A stretch of DNA of 60,897 nt, counting the filler. It is 5 parts of 5 records of this genome, joined end to end, with 100 filler letters (N's around TTAATTAATTAA, not from the genome) between each part and the next. Parts side by side here need not be neighbours in the genome. Positions count along the whole stretch, not along the records: positions 22,617 to 36,525 come from DRR723986_4570; 4 more parts are not named here. One strand, 5' to 3'. Below, piece by piece: positions 25,412 through 35,668 of the stretch (position 1 is the first letter of the stretch; every line of letters starts with the position of its first letter). Below the pieces are notes generated by a model that had not been told where the DNA came from, did no database searches, and saw nothing but the letters and a program-made list of their open reading frames with translations. The position numbers and the translations under genes were made by a program.

Positions 25412-26338
25412 ATGACCACCCCCACCCTGAACCGCCGCAGCCTGTTGGCAGGTGCCGCCAGCCTGCCCCTGGGGGCCGCCCTGGCCAGCCCGGCTCTGGC
25501 CGCAGCCGAAATGATGGGCGCCAAAACCGCCCCCTTTAACCGCATCAAACTGGGCAGCTTCGAAGTAACGACGCTGCTGGCAGGCACCCGCACCGTGCCC
25601 GACCCGCAAACCATCTTTGGCATGAATGTCAGCGCCGAAGACTTCGCCAATGCCTCGGCCAGCGCGATGATCCCCACCGACCGGGCGCAGTTTTTCTTTA
25701 CGCCCACAGTGGTGAACACCGGCAGCCAGCTGATCTTGTTTGATACCGGCCTAAACGGCGCGGGCACCAGCGCCGCGCTGCAGGCCGCGGGCTATAGCCC
25801 CGAGCAGATTGATACCGTGGTGATCACCCATATGCATGGCGATCACATCGGCGGGCTGATGAGCGATGGCACCCCCACCTTTGCCAATGCCAGCTATGCC
25901 ACAGGCGCCATCGAATTTGACACATGGGATATGGCCGGCAACGAGGGGTTCGAGAAAAACGTGCGCCCCTTGGCCGAGCGGATGCAAATGCTCGATGACA
26001 ACGCCAGCGTCGCCAGCGGCGTGACTGCCATGCTGGCCGCCGGCCACACCCCCGGGCACATGACCTATATGATCGAAAGCGATGGCCAGCAGCTGGTGCT
26101 GGGCGCAGATTTTGCCAACCATTATGTCTGGTCGCTGGCCTATCCCGACTGGGAGGTGAAATTCGACCGCGACAAGGCACAAGCAGCCGCCACCCGCCGC
26201 CGCCTGTTAGATATGATGGCCGCCGATAAAATACCCTTTATCGGATACCACATGCCCTTCCCGGGCATTGGGTTTGTGCAAACCCGCGGCGATGGTTTTC
26301 ACTATGTGCCGGCAAGCTATCAATTCATGATGGGCTAA
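25412..26338 (+). CDS. Tat-exported metallo-beta-lactamase-fold hydrolase
   Basis: NRRSLL twin-arginine signal, THMHGDHIGG, GHTPGH, YHMPFPG. Confidence 0.88.
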   Translation: MTTPTLNRRSLLAGAASLPLGAALASPALAAAEMMGAKTAPFNRIKLGSFEVTTLLAGTRTVPDPQTIFGMNVSAEDFANASASAMIPTDRAQFFFTPTVVNTGSQLILFDTGLNGAGTSAALQAAGYSPEQIDTVVITHMHGDHIGGLMSDGTPTFANASYATGAIEFDTWDMAGNEGFEKNVRPLAERMQMLDDNASVASGVTAMLAAGHTPGHMTYMIESDGQQLVLGADFANHYVWSLAYPDWEVKFDRDKAQAAATRRRLLDMMAADKIPFIGYHMPFPGIGFVQTRGDGFHYVPASYQFMMG

Positions 26339-26345
26339 CCCCACC

Positions 26346-26382
26346 TTTGGGCTGCAAGAAAACACTTGCCTTGCAGCCCAAA
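26346..26382. terminator. Stem-loop after MBL gene
   Basis: TTTGGGCTGCAAG...CTTGCAGCCCAAA 13-bp inverted repeat. Confidence 0.45.
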
Positions 26383-26420
26383 CCAAGGCGTTCTTGAGGC
26401 CTGTGCAACAAGGATGCCCC

Positions 26421-27044
26421 ATGCCCGGCACCCCCGATTTTGGCCCCGGTTTTGGCCCCGATTTTGGTATTGGCCATAACAGCCAAACCCAGCCAGATCT
26501 GGCCTGGCGCAGCTATGCCTGGCGCCAGGCCAAGCAGCAGGCGGGGCGCCAACCCTCGGTGCAGATGGTGCGCTATCATATGGCGCGGGCGGGCGAGCTG
26601 GGCATGCCCTATGCCACCTATGCCGCGCTGCACCGCATCGCCGGGCGCGACCCGGCCGGGCTGATCTTTACCCCCGATGGGCTGGGGCTGCGGCTGAAGC
26701 GGCGGCTAGAGCTGCCGCGCCCCTTGCGCCAATATCTGGCACCGTTGCGCGGATGCGCGTTATTGGCGCTGGCCCCCTGCGGCGAGGATAGCGCCGCGTT
26801 TTTGGATGAATTGCGCCACGAAACCGCCCTGCCCTTTGCCGCAGCGGGCCAAATGCCCGCCGATACCGCGCCCTGGCACGCCAAAGCACAGGCCGTGCGC
26901 GCGGCCCTGGCCCCGCAGCGCCTGCCCGGCGCCGCGGTTGTCTTGATCGGCACAAGGCCGCAGGATCTGGCGATGATGACCGCGGCTGGTTTGGCCGGGT
27001 TTATGGACCATGCCAGCTTTTTCGGCCCGGCCGCGGCCGCCTGA
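26421..27044 (+). CDS. Hypothetical protein
   Basis: ORF filling the gap with host-like codon usage; GIGHN and LGMPYATYA segments; function unknown. Confidence 0.6.
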   Translation: MPGTPDFGPGFGPDFGIGHNSQTQPDLAWRSYAWRQAKQQAGRQPSVQMVRYHMARAGELGMPYATYAALHRIAGRDPAGLIFTPDGLGLRLKRRLELPRPLRQYLAPLRGCALLALAPCGEDSAAFLDELRHETALPFAAAGQMPADTAPWHAKAQAVRAALAPQRLPGAAVVLIGTRPQDLAMMTAAGLAGFMDHASFFGPAAAA

Positions 27045-27055
27045 AATGGCGGGGC

Positions 27056-28939
27056 CTATTCGGCCCAGTCCCACGGGCGGGTGAAGGCGCCCAGCACATG
27101 GCCCACCTCATCGTCATGCAACACGCCGGTGCGGCCGATTTGGGCCACAAGCCCGCGTTTTTTGTCATCGATCACCGAAACCACCTGCGCATTCAGCCCC
27201 GCCTCGGCCAGGGCGGCATTGTAGATGCGGGTGATGGCGCGCTTGCGCAGATCGGGTTTGAACACTTTGCCCACGGCGGTTTTGGGCAGCTCGCCCAGCA
27301 CCTCGATATATTTGGGCTGGGCTGCGCGCTCGTGCACATTGGTGCGGCAATGCGCCTCGAGCTCGGCTGCGGTGACGGTGCCACCTGCCACCAGCTCGAC
27401 ATAGGCGCAGGGAATTTCGCCGGCATGGGCATCGGGCTGGCCGATGGCGCCGGCAAAGGCCACATCGGGGTGCATCAACAACGCCTCTTCAATCTCGGCA
27501 GGGTCGATATTGTGCCCGCCCCGGATGATCAAATCTTTGGCGCGGCCCGTGATCCACAGGTATTGATCGGCATCGATACGCCCCAGATCGCCGGTGCGCA
27601 GATATTTGCCATGGTGATACAGTTTGGCGTTTTTATCGGCCTCGGTATAGGTGTTGCCGGCGAATACACCGGGGCTAGAGATGCAGATCTCGCCAATCTC
27701 GTCGGTGCCGCATTCCACCGGCGCGCCATCTACCTCTTTGAACACACGCACATCCGTATAGGGAAAGCGAATGCCAACCGAGCCCACTTTTTTCTGCCCC
27801 TCCACCGGGTTCACGGTGACAAGGCAGGTTGCCTCGGTCAGGCCATAGCCCTCGACGATGGTGACATCTGTGGCGCTTTCAAAGCGCTTGAACAATTCCA
27901 AAGGCAGCGGCGCCGAGCCGGAAAACGAGGTTTTCACGGTAGACACATCCGCATCAACCGGGCGCTGCATCAGCGCGGAAATGGCGGTGGGCACGGTGAT
28001 GATAAAGCTGATTTTCCAGCGCTCGACCAGCTTCCAGAAATTGTCAAAAACCCCCTCGCCGCGATAGCCCGCAGGCGTTGGAAACACCACATGCGCGCCC
28101 GAATAGATACAGGCCATCAAGATCACATGGCAGGCAAACACATGAAACAGCGGCAGCGGGCAAATCACGTTATCTTCGGGGGTGTAAAGCAGCGTGCCCC
28201 CCAGCCAGCCATTATAGATAATACCCGAATAGCGGTGTTGGGCCACCTTGGGCATGCCGGTGGTGCCGCCGGTGTGGAAATAGGCCGCCACCCGATCTTC
28301 GGTGCTGTCGGCAAAGGCCAGCTCGCGCGGGTGGCGGCGCAGCTCTTTGTTGAAATCCAGATAGGTGGCATGGGCCGCGCCATCGTTTTTGGGGCGCACA
28401 AGGGGCACAATCCACGATTTCGGCGGTGTTAGGTAGCGGTTTAAATCCACCTCTAACACATGGGTCACACCGGGGGCGTGGCGCACGGCCTCTTTGGTTT
28501 TTTGGCCCACATCGGTTTTTGGAAAGGCCTTGAGCGTGACCACCACCTTGGCTTTTGTTTCGCGCAAGATTGCGGCGATTTGTTCCGGCTCGAGCAGCGG
28601 GTTAATGGGGTTTACAATGCCCGCAATCGCCCCGCCCAAAAGCGTCAGCGCGGTTTCATTGCAATTGGGCATGACCATGGCCACAACATCGCCCTCGCCC
28701 ACACCAAGGCTGCGAAACAGGTTAGCCGCCTGGCAGGTGCGGGCGTAAAGCTCGGCCCAAGTTAGGGTTTCGGCCTTGTCGGTGGGGCCAGAGAGCAGCT
28801 GAAAGCTGATCGCATTGCGCGCGCCATGCTGGTGCGCTGTGCGCGCCAGCATCTGGTTCAGCGTCACCGGCACCTCGCGGGCCGACCATGGCATTTCGTT
28901 TTCGATGGCAACCGTATCTGCGATAGATGCAAAGCCCAT
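27056..28939 (-). CDS. AMP-dependent acyl-CoA synthetase
   Basis: FHTGGTTGMPK, EGYGLTE, RTGDLG, GRAKDLIIRGGHN, PKTAVGK. Confidence 0.92.
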   Translation of the reverse strand: MGFASIADTVAIENEMPWSAREVPVTLNQMLARTAHQHGARNAISFQLLSGPTDKAETLTWAELYARTCQAANLFRSLGVGEGDVVAMVMPNCNETALTLLGGAIAGIVNPINPLLEPEQIAAILRETKAKVVVTLKAFPKTDVGQKTKEAVRHAPGVTHVLEVDLNRYLTPPKSWIVPLVRPKNDGAAHATYLDFNKELRRHPRELAFADSTEDRVAAYFHTGGTTGMPKVAQHRYSGIIYNGWLGGTLLYTPEDNVICPLPLFHVFACHVILMACIYSGAHVVFPTPAGYRGEGVFDNFWKLVERWKISFIITVPTAISALMQRPVDADVSTVKTSFSGSAPLPLELFKRFESATDVTIVEGYGLTEATCLVTVNPVEGQKKVGSVGIRFPYTDVRVFKEVDGAPVECGTDEIGEICISSPGVFAGNTYTEADKNAKLYHHGKYLRTGDLGRIDADQYLWITGRAKDLIIRGGHNIDPAEIEEALLMHPDVAFAGAIGQPDAHAGEIPCAYVELVAGGTVTAAELEAHCRTNVHERAAQPKYIEVLGELPKTAVGKVFKPDLRKRAITRIYNAALAEAGLNAQVVSVIDDKKRGLVAQIGRTGVLHDDEVGHVLGAFTRPWDWAE

Positions 28940-29043
28940 GTCGTTCCTCCCCTGAAACGGCGGGCGCGCCCACCATAATCCCTGCATCACTTTGGCCTGT
29001 AACCCCCCGCCGCGCAAGATCGGGGAAGCGACGTCAGCTTGCC

Positions 29044-29069
29044 AAAAGGGGCGCAAAAGCGCCCCTTTT
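29044..29069 (-). terminator. Intrinsic terminator downstream of LysM gene
   Basis: AAAAGGGGCGC-AAAA-GCGCCCCTTTT. Confidence 0.65.
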
Positions 29070-29092
29070 TACGTCAGTCACCCAATTTCGGG

Positions 29093-29521
29093 TTATTTGC
29101 CCGCATCCGTTGGGATGCGTAGCACCTGACCGGGGTAGATTTTATCTGGATGGCTTAGCATGGGGCGGTTTGCCTCGAAGATCTCGGGGTAGCGATTGGC
29201 GTTGCCCAAGGTCTTTTTTGCAATCGCCGACAGGGTATCGCCCTTTTCGACGGTGTGAAACACAGCCTCGTCAGCCTCGGCCGCCTCGACCGTGGCCACG
29301 CCCTCGACATTGCCCACCGCCAAAATCAGCTTTTCGCGCTCTTCCGCGCTGAGGCTGCCGCCAGATACCGTTACCTTATCGCCTTCAACGGTAATTTCCG
29401 CGCCTTTGGCATCGAGGCCCAGATCGGCCACTTCCTTTTGCAGCATTTCCGGTGTTGGCGCCTCGTCTGCGCCCAGCCCCAGGCTTTTGCCTGCGCGTTT
29501 TAGAAAATTAAACAGCCCCAT
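29093..29521 (-). CDS. BON + LysM domain protein (YgaU/Kbp-like)
   Basis: MGLFNFLKRAG start, EKLILAVGNVEGV, HTVEKGDTLSAIA...IYPGQVLRIP. Confidence 0.9.
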   Translation of the reverse strand: MGLFNFLKRAGKSLGLGADEAPTPEMLQKEVADLGLDAKGAEITVEGDKVTVSGGSLSAEEREKLILAVGNVEGVATVEAAEADEAVFHTVEKGDTLSAIAKKTLGNANRYPEIFEANRPMLSHPDKIYPGQVLRIPTDAGK

Positions 29522-29609
29522 GTCGGCCTCCCTCGTTACATATCACACAAGGCCCAGGTTTGCCCAAGTTGCCCGCCACCACAAGGGGAAAACCCAAAGG
29601 CCCCGCCCC

Positions 29610-30404
29610 CTAGCTGCGCCAGATCAACAGGCGTTTTTCCAATTGCGCAATCAGCCAGCTGACCACCACACCAAGGCTGGACAAAATCACCACCCCGGCA
29701 AAGAGCCGCTCGAGATCGTAAAGCGATCCTGCCTCCAGAATATAGGCGCCAATGCCATATTGTGCGCCCAACATTTCCGCCGCCACCAGCAAGATAATAC
29801 CAATCGACAAAGAAATGCGCAGCCCCGACAAAATGCCAGGCAAGGCCCCCGGCAACACGATTTTGCGCACGATCGACCACCATTTCAGCCCGAAACTTTG
29901 CCCCATGCGCACCAAGGTGCGATCCACATTATCCACCGCGCCAAAGGTGGCCACCACCGTAGGGGTAAAGGTGCCCAGCGCGATCAGCGCGTATTTCGAG
30001 CCCTCGTCGATGCCAAACCAGATCACAAACAGCGGCAAAAGCGCGATTTTCGGAATGGGGAACAGCGCCGCCACCAAGGGCACCAGCCCCGCGCGCGCAA
30101 GGCTGAAAAGCCCGATCATCACCCCCACGGCCACGCCTGCCAGCACCCCCATGGCACTGCCCACCGCAAGCCGGGTCAGCGAGGGCGCGACATGCTGGAA
30201 AAACAGCCCCGATTTCCACAGTTGCACCAAGGTGGCCACCACATCGCTGGGGCGCGGCAGGGTAAGGCTGGAAATCCAGCCGGCGCGCGTGCCCCATTCA
30301 ACAAGCAAAATCAGCACAACAAAAACCGCCACCCCCACACCGCGTATCCGCTGGGGGCGAAACCCACCCCCACGAAAGGGCACCGGGCGCGGCATATCAT
30401 GCAT
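29610..30404 (-). CDS. ABC transporter permease (NitT/TauT type)
   Basis: LPRPSDV, PIPKIALLPL, LVAAEM; multiple TMs. Confidence 0.9.
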   Translation of the reverse strand: MHDMPRPVPFRGGGFRPQRIRGVGVAVFVVLILLVEWGTRAGWISSLTLPRPSDVVATLVQLWKSGLFFQHVAPSLTRLAVGSAMGVLAGVAVGVMIGLFSLARAGLVPLVAALFPIPKIALLPLFVIWFGIDEGSKYALIALGTFTPTVVATFGAVDNVDRTLVRMGQSFGLKWWSIVRKIVLPGALPGILSGLRISLSIGIILLVAAEMLGAQYGIGAYILEAGSLYDLERLFAGVVILSSLGVVVSWLIAQLEKRLLIWRS

Positions 30405-31164
30405 GGGCCAGTTCCTTGTCTGCGGCCAGCGCCTCGTCGCGCATCAGGGCCCACAGCCGCTCTTGTGCGGCTTGCAGGCCCGGGTCGGCCATGCTGCGCT
30501 GATCCAGCGGGGTGCTGAGATGCATCACCTCGCGCACCCGCCCCGGGCGGCGCGACAGCACCACGATTTGATGGCCCAGCCGCACCGCTTCGGCCAGGTT
30601 GTGGGTGACATAGACCGCGGTAAAGGGCGCGCGCATCCACAGGCCCACCAGATCGTCGATCAACAGCTCGCGGGTTTGCGCATCGAGCGCCGATAGCGGC
30701 TCGTCCATCAACATCACGGCCGGGTGCACCACCATGGCGCGCGCGATGGCCACGCGCTGTTTCATGCCGCCCGACAATTGCCGCGGCAGGGCCTTGGCAA
30801 AAGCGCTGAGGCCGGTGCGCGCCAAAACATCGGCCACCCGGGCCGCACGCGCCGCGCCATCAAGCGGGTGATCTTCGAGCACCAGTTCAATATTGCCCGC
30901 AACGCTGCGCCAGGGCAGCAAGGCGAAATCTTGAAACACAAATGTCAGCGGGTTCAGGCAATCGGGCGGCACCTCACCGCTTTGCAGCACGTGGCCTGCG
31001 CTGGGGCGTTCCAGCCCGCCGATCATGCGCAAAAGCGTGGATTTCCCGCAGCCCGATGGCCCAACCACACACATGATCTGCCCCGATGGCACCTGCAGCG
31101 AGATATCCGACAGCACGTTGACCGTATCGTAGCTGTGGCTTAGCTGCTCTATCTTTAGATCCAT
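30397..31164 (-). CDS. ABC transporter ATP-binding protein (NitT/TauT type)
   Basis: GPSGCGKST, LSGGMKQR, LMDEPLSALD, VTHN. Confidence 0.92.
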   Translation of the reverse strand: MDLKIEQLSHSYDTVNVLSDISLQVPSGQIMCVVGPSGCGKSTLLRMIGGLERPSAGHVLQSGEVPPDCLNPLTFVFQDFALLPWRSVAGNIELVLEDHPLDGAARAARVADVLARTGLSAFAKALPRQLSGGMKQRVAIARAMVVHPAVMLMDEPLSALDAQTRELLIDDLVGLWMRAPFTAVYVTHNLAEAVRLGHQIVVLSRRPGRVREVMHLSTPLDQRSMADPGLQAAQERLWALMRDEALAADKELAHA

Positions 31165-31226
31165 ACCCGCGCCCAATATGATGGGGTGCGCCAATGGCAC
31201 ACCCCCGGTTTACCCAATGGGCAAGG

Positions 31227-32243
31227 TTACATGGTGCTGACGTATGAGCCATCGACCAGCATATCCATGCTGATGCTATCTTTCACCAAACCTTCAGATT
31301 TGAACCAGCTCAGCTGATCGTTAACCGAGCTCATGTTCAGCGCCGCGCCTTTGTTAATGCGCATGGCGCCGTTCACGATACTGGGCTTGGCCTTTTCATA
31401 TTCGCGGTCTGTATAGACGTATTTATGGATCAGCTTCACCATCGCCTCGGCCTCGTCGGCCGATGTGGTTTTATCCACCAGGGCGGCGTTGAAATCATCG
31501 GCGCCCTTGGAAAATGCGGCCAGGAAAGCCTGGGTTTTCGCCCGCTCGTTTGCCGCATTGGCGGCCGAGGTGAAAACCGTGGTGACCTGATAGTTGGGGA
31601 TATAATCGGCCACATCACCGATGATATGCACCGCCCCCGATTTGGCCAGGGGTTTTGCGATATGTGGCACGATCGACCAGCCATCGATCTGGCCAGATTT
31701 CAGCGCGCCAATCACCGCACCGGTTTTTTGCAGCGGCGTGTATTTCAGCGAAATACCTTCGGCTGCGGCAATTTTTGCCCCCATATAATGGAAAGACGAC
31801 CCTGCCTGCGTGACGCCCCATGCCTTGCCATCCAGCGCCTTTGGCGTGGTAACGCCGGCCTTGAACGCCGCGTCAGACACCAAAATTTTCTGCCCATCAA
31901 TGCCCTTTTCCTCGGACAGGGCGCCCCCAATCACCTTGGTTGCGCCCTTTTCGGCAAGGCTGATCAAGCCGCCTGAAATGGCGGTTACGGCATAATCTGC
32001 ATCACCGCTGGCAATGGCCACAGCCATAGGCTGGGCGGCTTGGAAGAATTTGAATTCCACATCCAGCCCGGCCTCGGCGAAATAGCCCCTCTCGAAGGCC
32101 ACGAAACTGGCCGCGTGGCTGGTAAATGCCAGTGCACCCACGGTAATTTTGGAATTGGCCGCCAGTGCAGGCGCGCCCAACACAGGCAATGTGGCCGCCC
32201 CGGCCAGCAGGCCCATGGCGTGACGCCGCGAAAATTGGTTCAT
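31227..32243 (-). CDS. ABC transporter substrate-binding protein (SsuA/NMT1-like), Tat signal
   Basis: SRRHAM twin-arginine leader, GYFAEAGLDV; first gene of the ABC operon. Confidence 0.88.
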   Translation of the reverse strand: MNQFSRRHAMGLLAGAATLPVLGAPALAANSKITVGALAFTSHAASFVAFERGYFAEAGLDVEFKFFQAAQPMAVAIASGDADYAVTAISGGLISLAEKGATKVIGGALSEEKGIDGQKILVSDAAFKAGVTTPKALDGKAWGVTQAGSSFHYMGAKIAAAEGISLKYTPLQKTGAVIGALKSGQIDGWSIVPHIAKPLAKSGAVHIIGDVADYIPNYQVTTVFTSAANAANERAKTQAFLAAFSKGADDFNAALVDKTTSADEAEAMVKLIHKYVYTDREYEKAKPSIVNGAMRINKGAALNMSSVNDQLSWFKSEGLVKDSISMDMLVDGSYVSTM

Positions 32244-32370
32244 TTTACATCCTCCCTTTTGGGTGATGTTTGACCAGCGGGTCAATAAAATCAAGCCGCG
32301 ACATGCAGCCCGCTTGCCCGAAGCGGCCGAAGCGCTTAAACCAACGCCCGCGAGACAGGAAGGAAAACAC

Positions 32371-34167
32371 ATGGCCAGAACCGACGCATCCGCCGCCGCC
32401 GAGCGTGAAAAATCGAAGCGCGTCGGCGCTTTAACCAGGCTGTGGCCGTTTCTCAGCCCCTATCGCACACTGGTGGGGGGGGCTGCGCTGGCGCTGGTGC
32501 TGACCGCCTGTGTGTCACTGGTTTTGCCAATGGCCGTGCGCCGCGTGGTTGATAATTTCGGCACAGCCGATGCGGCCTTGCTGAATTTGTATTTTGGCGC
32601 GGCCATGGCTTTGGCCGGGCTTTTGGCACTGGGCACGGGCCTGCGCTATGCGCTGGTGACGCGCCTGGGCGAGCGCGTTGTGGCCGATATCCGCATGGCG
32701 GTGTTTGACCGCATCATCGGCATGAGCCCGGCCTTTTTCGAACGCATCATGACGGGCGAGGTGCTGAGCCGCATCACCACCGATACCACGCTGATTTTAT
32801 CTGTCATCGGCTCGTCTATTTCGGTGGCACTACGCAATGTGTTGATTTTCTTTGGCGGCATGGCGCTGATGCTGCTGACATCGGCCAAACTGACCGGGCT
32901 GGTGCTGTTGATCGTGCCGGCAGTGATTGTGCCCATTTTGACATTGGGGCGCAAATTGCGCGCGCTGAGCCGCGAAAACCAGGATTGGATTGCGGCCTCA
33001 TCGGGCAGCGCCTCTGAGGCGCTTTTGTCGGTGCAGGCGGTGCAGGCCTTTACCCACGAAAAAGAAACCCGCGATACATTTGCCGTTGTCACGGAAAAAA
33101 GCTTTGACGCGGCGCGCCGCCGCATCACCACCCGCGCGGTGATGACCGTGATTGTGATCTTTTTGGTCTTTTCAGGCGTGGTGGGTGTGCTGTGGATCGG
33201 CGCCAATGACGTGCGCCAAGGCAGCATGAGTGCGGGTGCCTTGGTGCAATTTGTTATCTATTCGGTGATGGTGGCCGGCGCCGTGGCGGCATTATCGGAG
33301 ATCTGGGGCGAATTGCAGCGTGCAGCCGGCGCAACAGAGCGGCTGGTGGAATTGCTAGATACCGAAGACGCGGTGCAAGACCCCGCACAGCCCGCGCAAT
33401 TGCCCAGCCCTGTGCGCGGGCAAATCACCTTTGACGGCGTCAGCTTTCAATACCCTGCGCGGCCGCAGCAATCGGCGCTGGATGGTATCAACCTGGTGAT
33501 CGAGCCGGGGGAAACCGTGGCCTTTGTTGGCCCCTCGGGGGCGGGCAAAACCACCATCATCCAGATGATCCAACGCTTTTACGATCCGCAATCGGGGCGT
33601 ATTTTGCTGGATGGCGTGGCGCTAAACGCCATGGCGCGCGAGGATTTTCGCCGCCATATCGCGCTGGTGCCGCAAGACCCGGTGATTTTTGCCAGCACCG
33701 CCCGTGAAAACATTCGCTTTGGCCGCCCCGGCGCCAGCGATGCCGAGGTGGAAGATGCAGCCATTGCCGCTGCTGCGCATGATTTCATCAAGGCCCTGCC
33801 AGATGGCTATGACAGCCAAGTGGGCGAGCGTGGCGTGATGCTATCGGGCGGGCAAAAGCAGCGCATCGCCATTGCGCGGGCCATTTTGCGCGACGCCCCC
33901 GTGCTGCTGCTAGACGAGGCCACCAGCGCGCTGGATGCCGAAAGCGAATTGGCCGTGCAGCGCGCGGTTGATGTGCTGGCGCGTGGGCGCACCACGCTGA
34001 TTGTGGCGCATCGTTTGGCAACCGTGAAAAAGGCCGACCGTATCGTGGTGATGGATCAGGGCCGTATCGTGGCCCAGGGCACGCATGATGCCCTGGTGGC
34101 CGAAGGCGGGCTATATGCCCGGCTGGCGCGGCTGCAATTCACCGATGGGCAAAGCACTGCCGCCTAA
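32371..34167 (+). CDS. Fused ABC exporter (ABCB type, TMD + NBD)
   Basis: TM domain followed by GPSGAGKT, LSGGQKQR, LLDEATSALD. Confidence 0.92.
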   Translation: MARTDASAAAEREKSKRVGALTRLWPFLSPYRTLVGGAALALVLTACVSLVLPMAVRRVVDNFGTADAALLNLYFGAAMALAGLLALGTGLRYALVTRLGERVVADIRMAVFDRIIGMSPAFFERIMTGEVLSRITTDTTLILSVIGSSISVALRNVLIFFGGMALMLLTSAKLTGLVLLIVPAVIVPILTLGRKLRALSRENQDWIAASSGSASEALLSVQAVQAFTHEKETRDTFAVVTEKSFDAARRRITTRAVMTVIVIFLVFSGVVGVLWIGANDVRQGSMSAGALVQFVIYSVMVAGAVAALSEIWGELQRAAGATERLVELLDTEDAVQDPAQPAQLPSPVRGQITFDGVSFQYPARPQQSALDGINLVIEPGETVAFVGPSGAGKTTIIQMIQRFYDPQSGRILLDGVALNAMAREDFRRHIALVPQDPVIFASTARENIRFGRPGASDAEVEDAAIAAAAHDFIKALPDGYDSQVGERGVMLSGGQKQRIAIARAILRDAPVLLLDEATSALDAESELAVQRAVDVLARGRTTLIVAHRLATVKKADRIVVMDQGRIVAQGTHDALVAEGGLYARLARLQFTDGQSTAA

Positions 34168-35012
34168 TCAAACCCCAGATAGCTGGGGCGCAACACCACC
34201 ACTGTGGGCCGGCCTGGCAAATTGCGCAGCGATACCGTCAGGGCGTTTTCGCCCTGATCGATAATATCAAACCCTTGCGGCACGCCATCTAGAAACTCTT
34301 GCAAGCTCCAGTCGCTGAACCAATGCATCGGTATGATGACCGAGCTGCGCAAGCGCGCGATCACCTTTAGCATGGTGGGCAAATCCAGCGTCATACCGCC
34401 ATCGACGGCTGCCATCACCACATCGAGCCGCCCAAGCGCTGCGTAATCTTCCGGGTCTGGCTCGTGGTGCAAATGGCCCAAATGCCCCACGCACAGGCCC
34501 CCCACCTCGAATATAAAGATCGAATTGCCGTTGGGTTCCGGCCCCTCGCCAAAGGCGCTGCGAATATCGGTGGGCACATTGCGCACCAAAACCTCGCCCA
34601 GATCCAGCCAATGTTCTGCCGCCTCGCCATAGCCATCGCCCCAGCCCCGCAGCACATGGGCAATGGCCGGATCTGGGCTGGGGGTCCAATGGGTGGTGTG
34701 GGCGTGGTTCATCGTGACCACATCGGGGATCAGATCAACATTGCCAATGAAGCCTGTGTAATCTGTCACCATGTTCAGCCCGCCGGCTGTTTGCAGCAAA
34801 AACTGCGCGTGGCCGACATAGCTGATGCGCAAACTATCGCTTGGCACGGGTGCGTCATAGCTGGCCTTGTGCAGATATTGCAGGCCCGGCGCGCTGTCGG
34901 CGATGGCGATGCAATGGCTGGCACGGCGGGTTTGCGCATCAGACGGGGCGGGCAGCAGCATGGCGCACAGGCCCAAAAGCAGCGCAGGCATGACAAGGGG
35001 TTTGATCAACAT
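34164..35012 (-). CDS. MBL-fold metallohydrolase, secreted
   Basis: Signal peptide, YVGHAQF, NHAHTTH, HLGHLHH, IPMHW. Confidence 0.8.
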   Translation of the reverse strand: MLIKPLVMPALLLGLCAMLLPAPSDAQTRRASHCIAIADSAPGLQYLHKASYDAPVPSDSLRISYVGHAQFLLQTAGGLNMVTDYTGFIGNVDLIPDVVTMNHAHTTHWTPSPDPAIAHVLRGWGDGYGEAAEHWLDLGEVLVRNVPTDIRSAFGEGPEPNGNSIFIFEVGGLCVGHLGHLHHEPDPEDYAALGRLDVVMAAVDGGMTLDLPTMLKVIARLRSSVIIPMHWFSDWSLQEFLDGVPQGFDIIDQGENALTVSLRNLPGRPTVVVLRPSYLGFD

Positions 35013-35083
35013 CGCGGGCACCTCCTGCCAGAGAGGATAGCGCAATTTGCGCCCAGCCAAACTAACAGCGGCGTGATCAGCGC

Positions 35084-35668
35084 CTAGACCACATCGGTGC
35101 GCCCGCGCCGATCTGTGCGCAGCATGGCGTATAGAACATGGGTGCGCCAGCGCCCGTTGATCTGCAAATAGCTTTGCGCCACGCCTTCGTATTTAAAGCC
35201 GCATTTCTCGAGCACCCCGCGCGAGGCTGCGTTTTCCGGCAGGCAGGCCGCCTCGAGCCGGGAAAGCCCCAGCTGCTGAAAGGCATAATGGGCCATCGCC
35301 GCCAAGGTTTCGCGCATATAGCCCGCCCGCGCATAGCGCTGGCCCACCCAATAGCCCAAGGTGCCCGCCTGCGCCGGGCCACGGCGGATATTATCCAAGG
35401 TGATAGCGCCCAGCAGCGCCTGATCCTCGCGCCGGATCAAAAACAACGGCACCGCCGATCCGTTGGCGATAGAGCGCTGCGCCCAATACACGCGGTTGGT
35501 AAAGCCCTTGCGCGTCAGGTGATCATCGGCCCAGGTGGGCTCCCAAGGCGTCAGGAAATCGGCGCTTTCGCGGCGCAGCGCAGCCCAATCGCGAAAATCG
35601 CCATGCTGCGGGGCACGCAGTGTCAAACGCTCGGTCTCGATGCGGACCTTACGGCGCCCCAGCAGCAT
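35084..35668 (-). CDS. RimJ/RimL-family N-acetyltransferase
   Basis: TERLTLR, FLTPWEP, LGYWVG, ENAASRGVLEKCGF. Confidence 0.88.
   Translation of the reverse strand: MLLGRRKVRIETERLTLRAPQHGDFRDWAALRRESADFLTPWEPTWADDHLTRKGFTNRVYWAQRSIANGSAVPLFLIRREDQALLGAITLDNIRRGPAQAGTLGYWVGQRYARAGYMRETLAAMAHYAFQQLGLSRLEAACLPENAASRGVLEKCGFKYEGVAQSYLQINGRWRTHVLYAMLRTDRRGRTDVV

Noticed and set aside
26432-26467. Short CCCCGATTTTGG-like repeats
   Set aside because: Three 12-bp in-frame units encoding PDFG/PGFG at the start of a hypothetical protein; no spacers, not an array.
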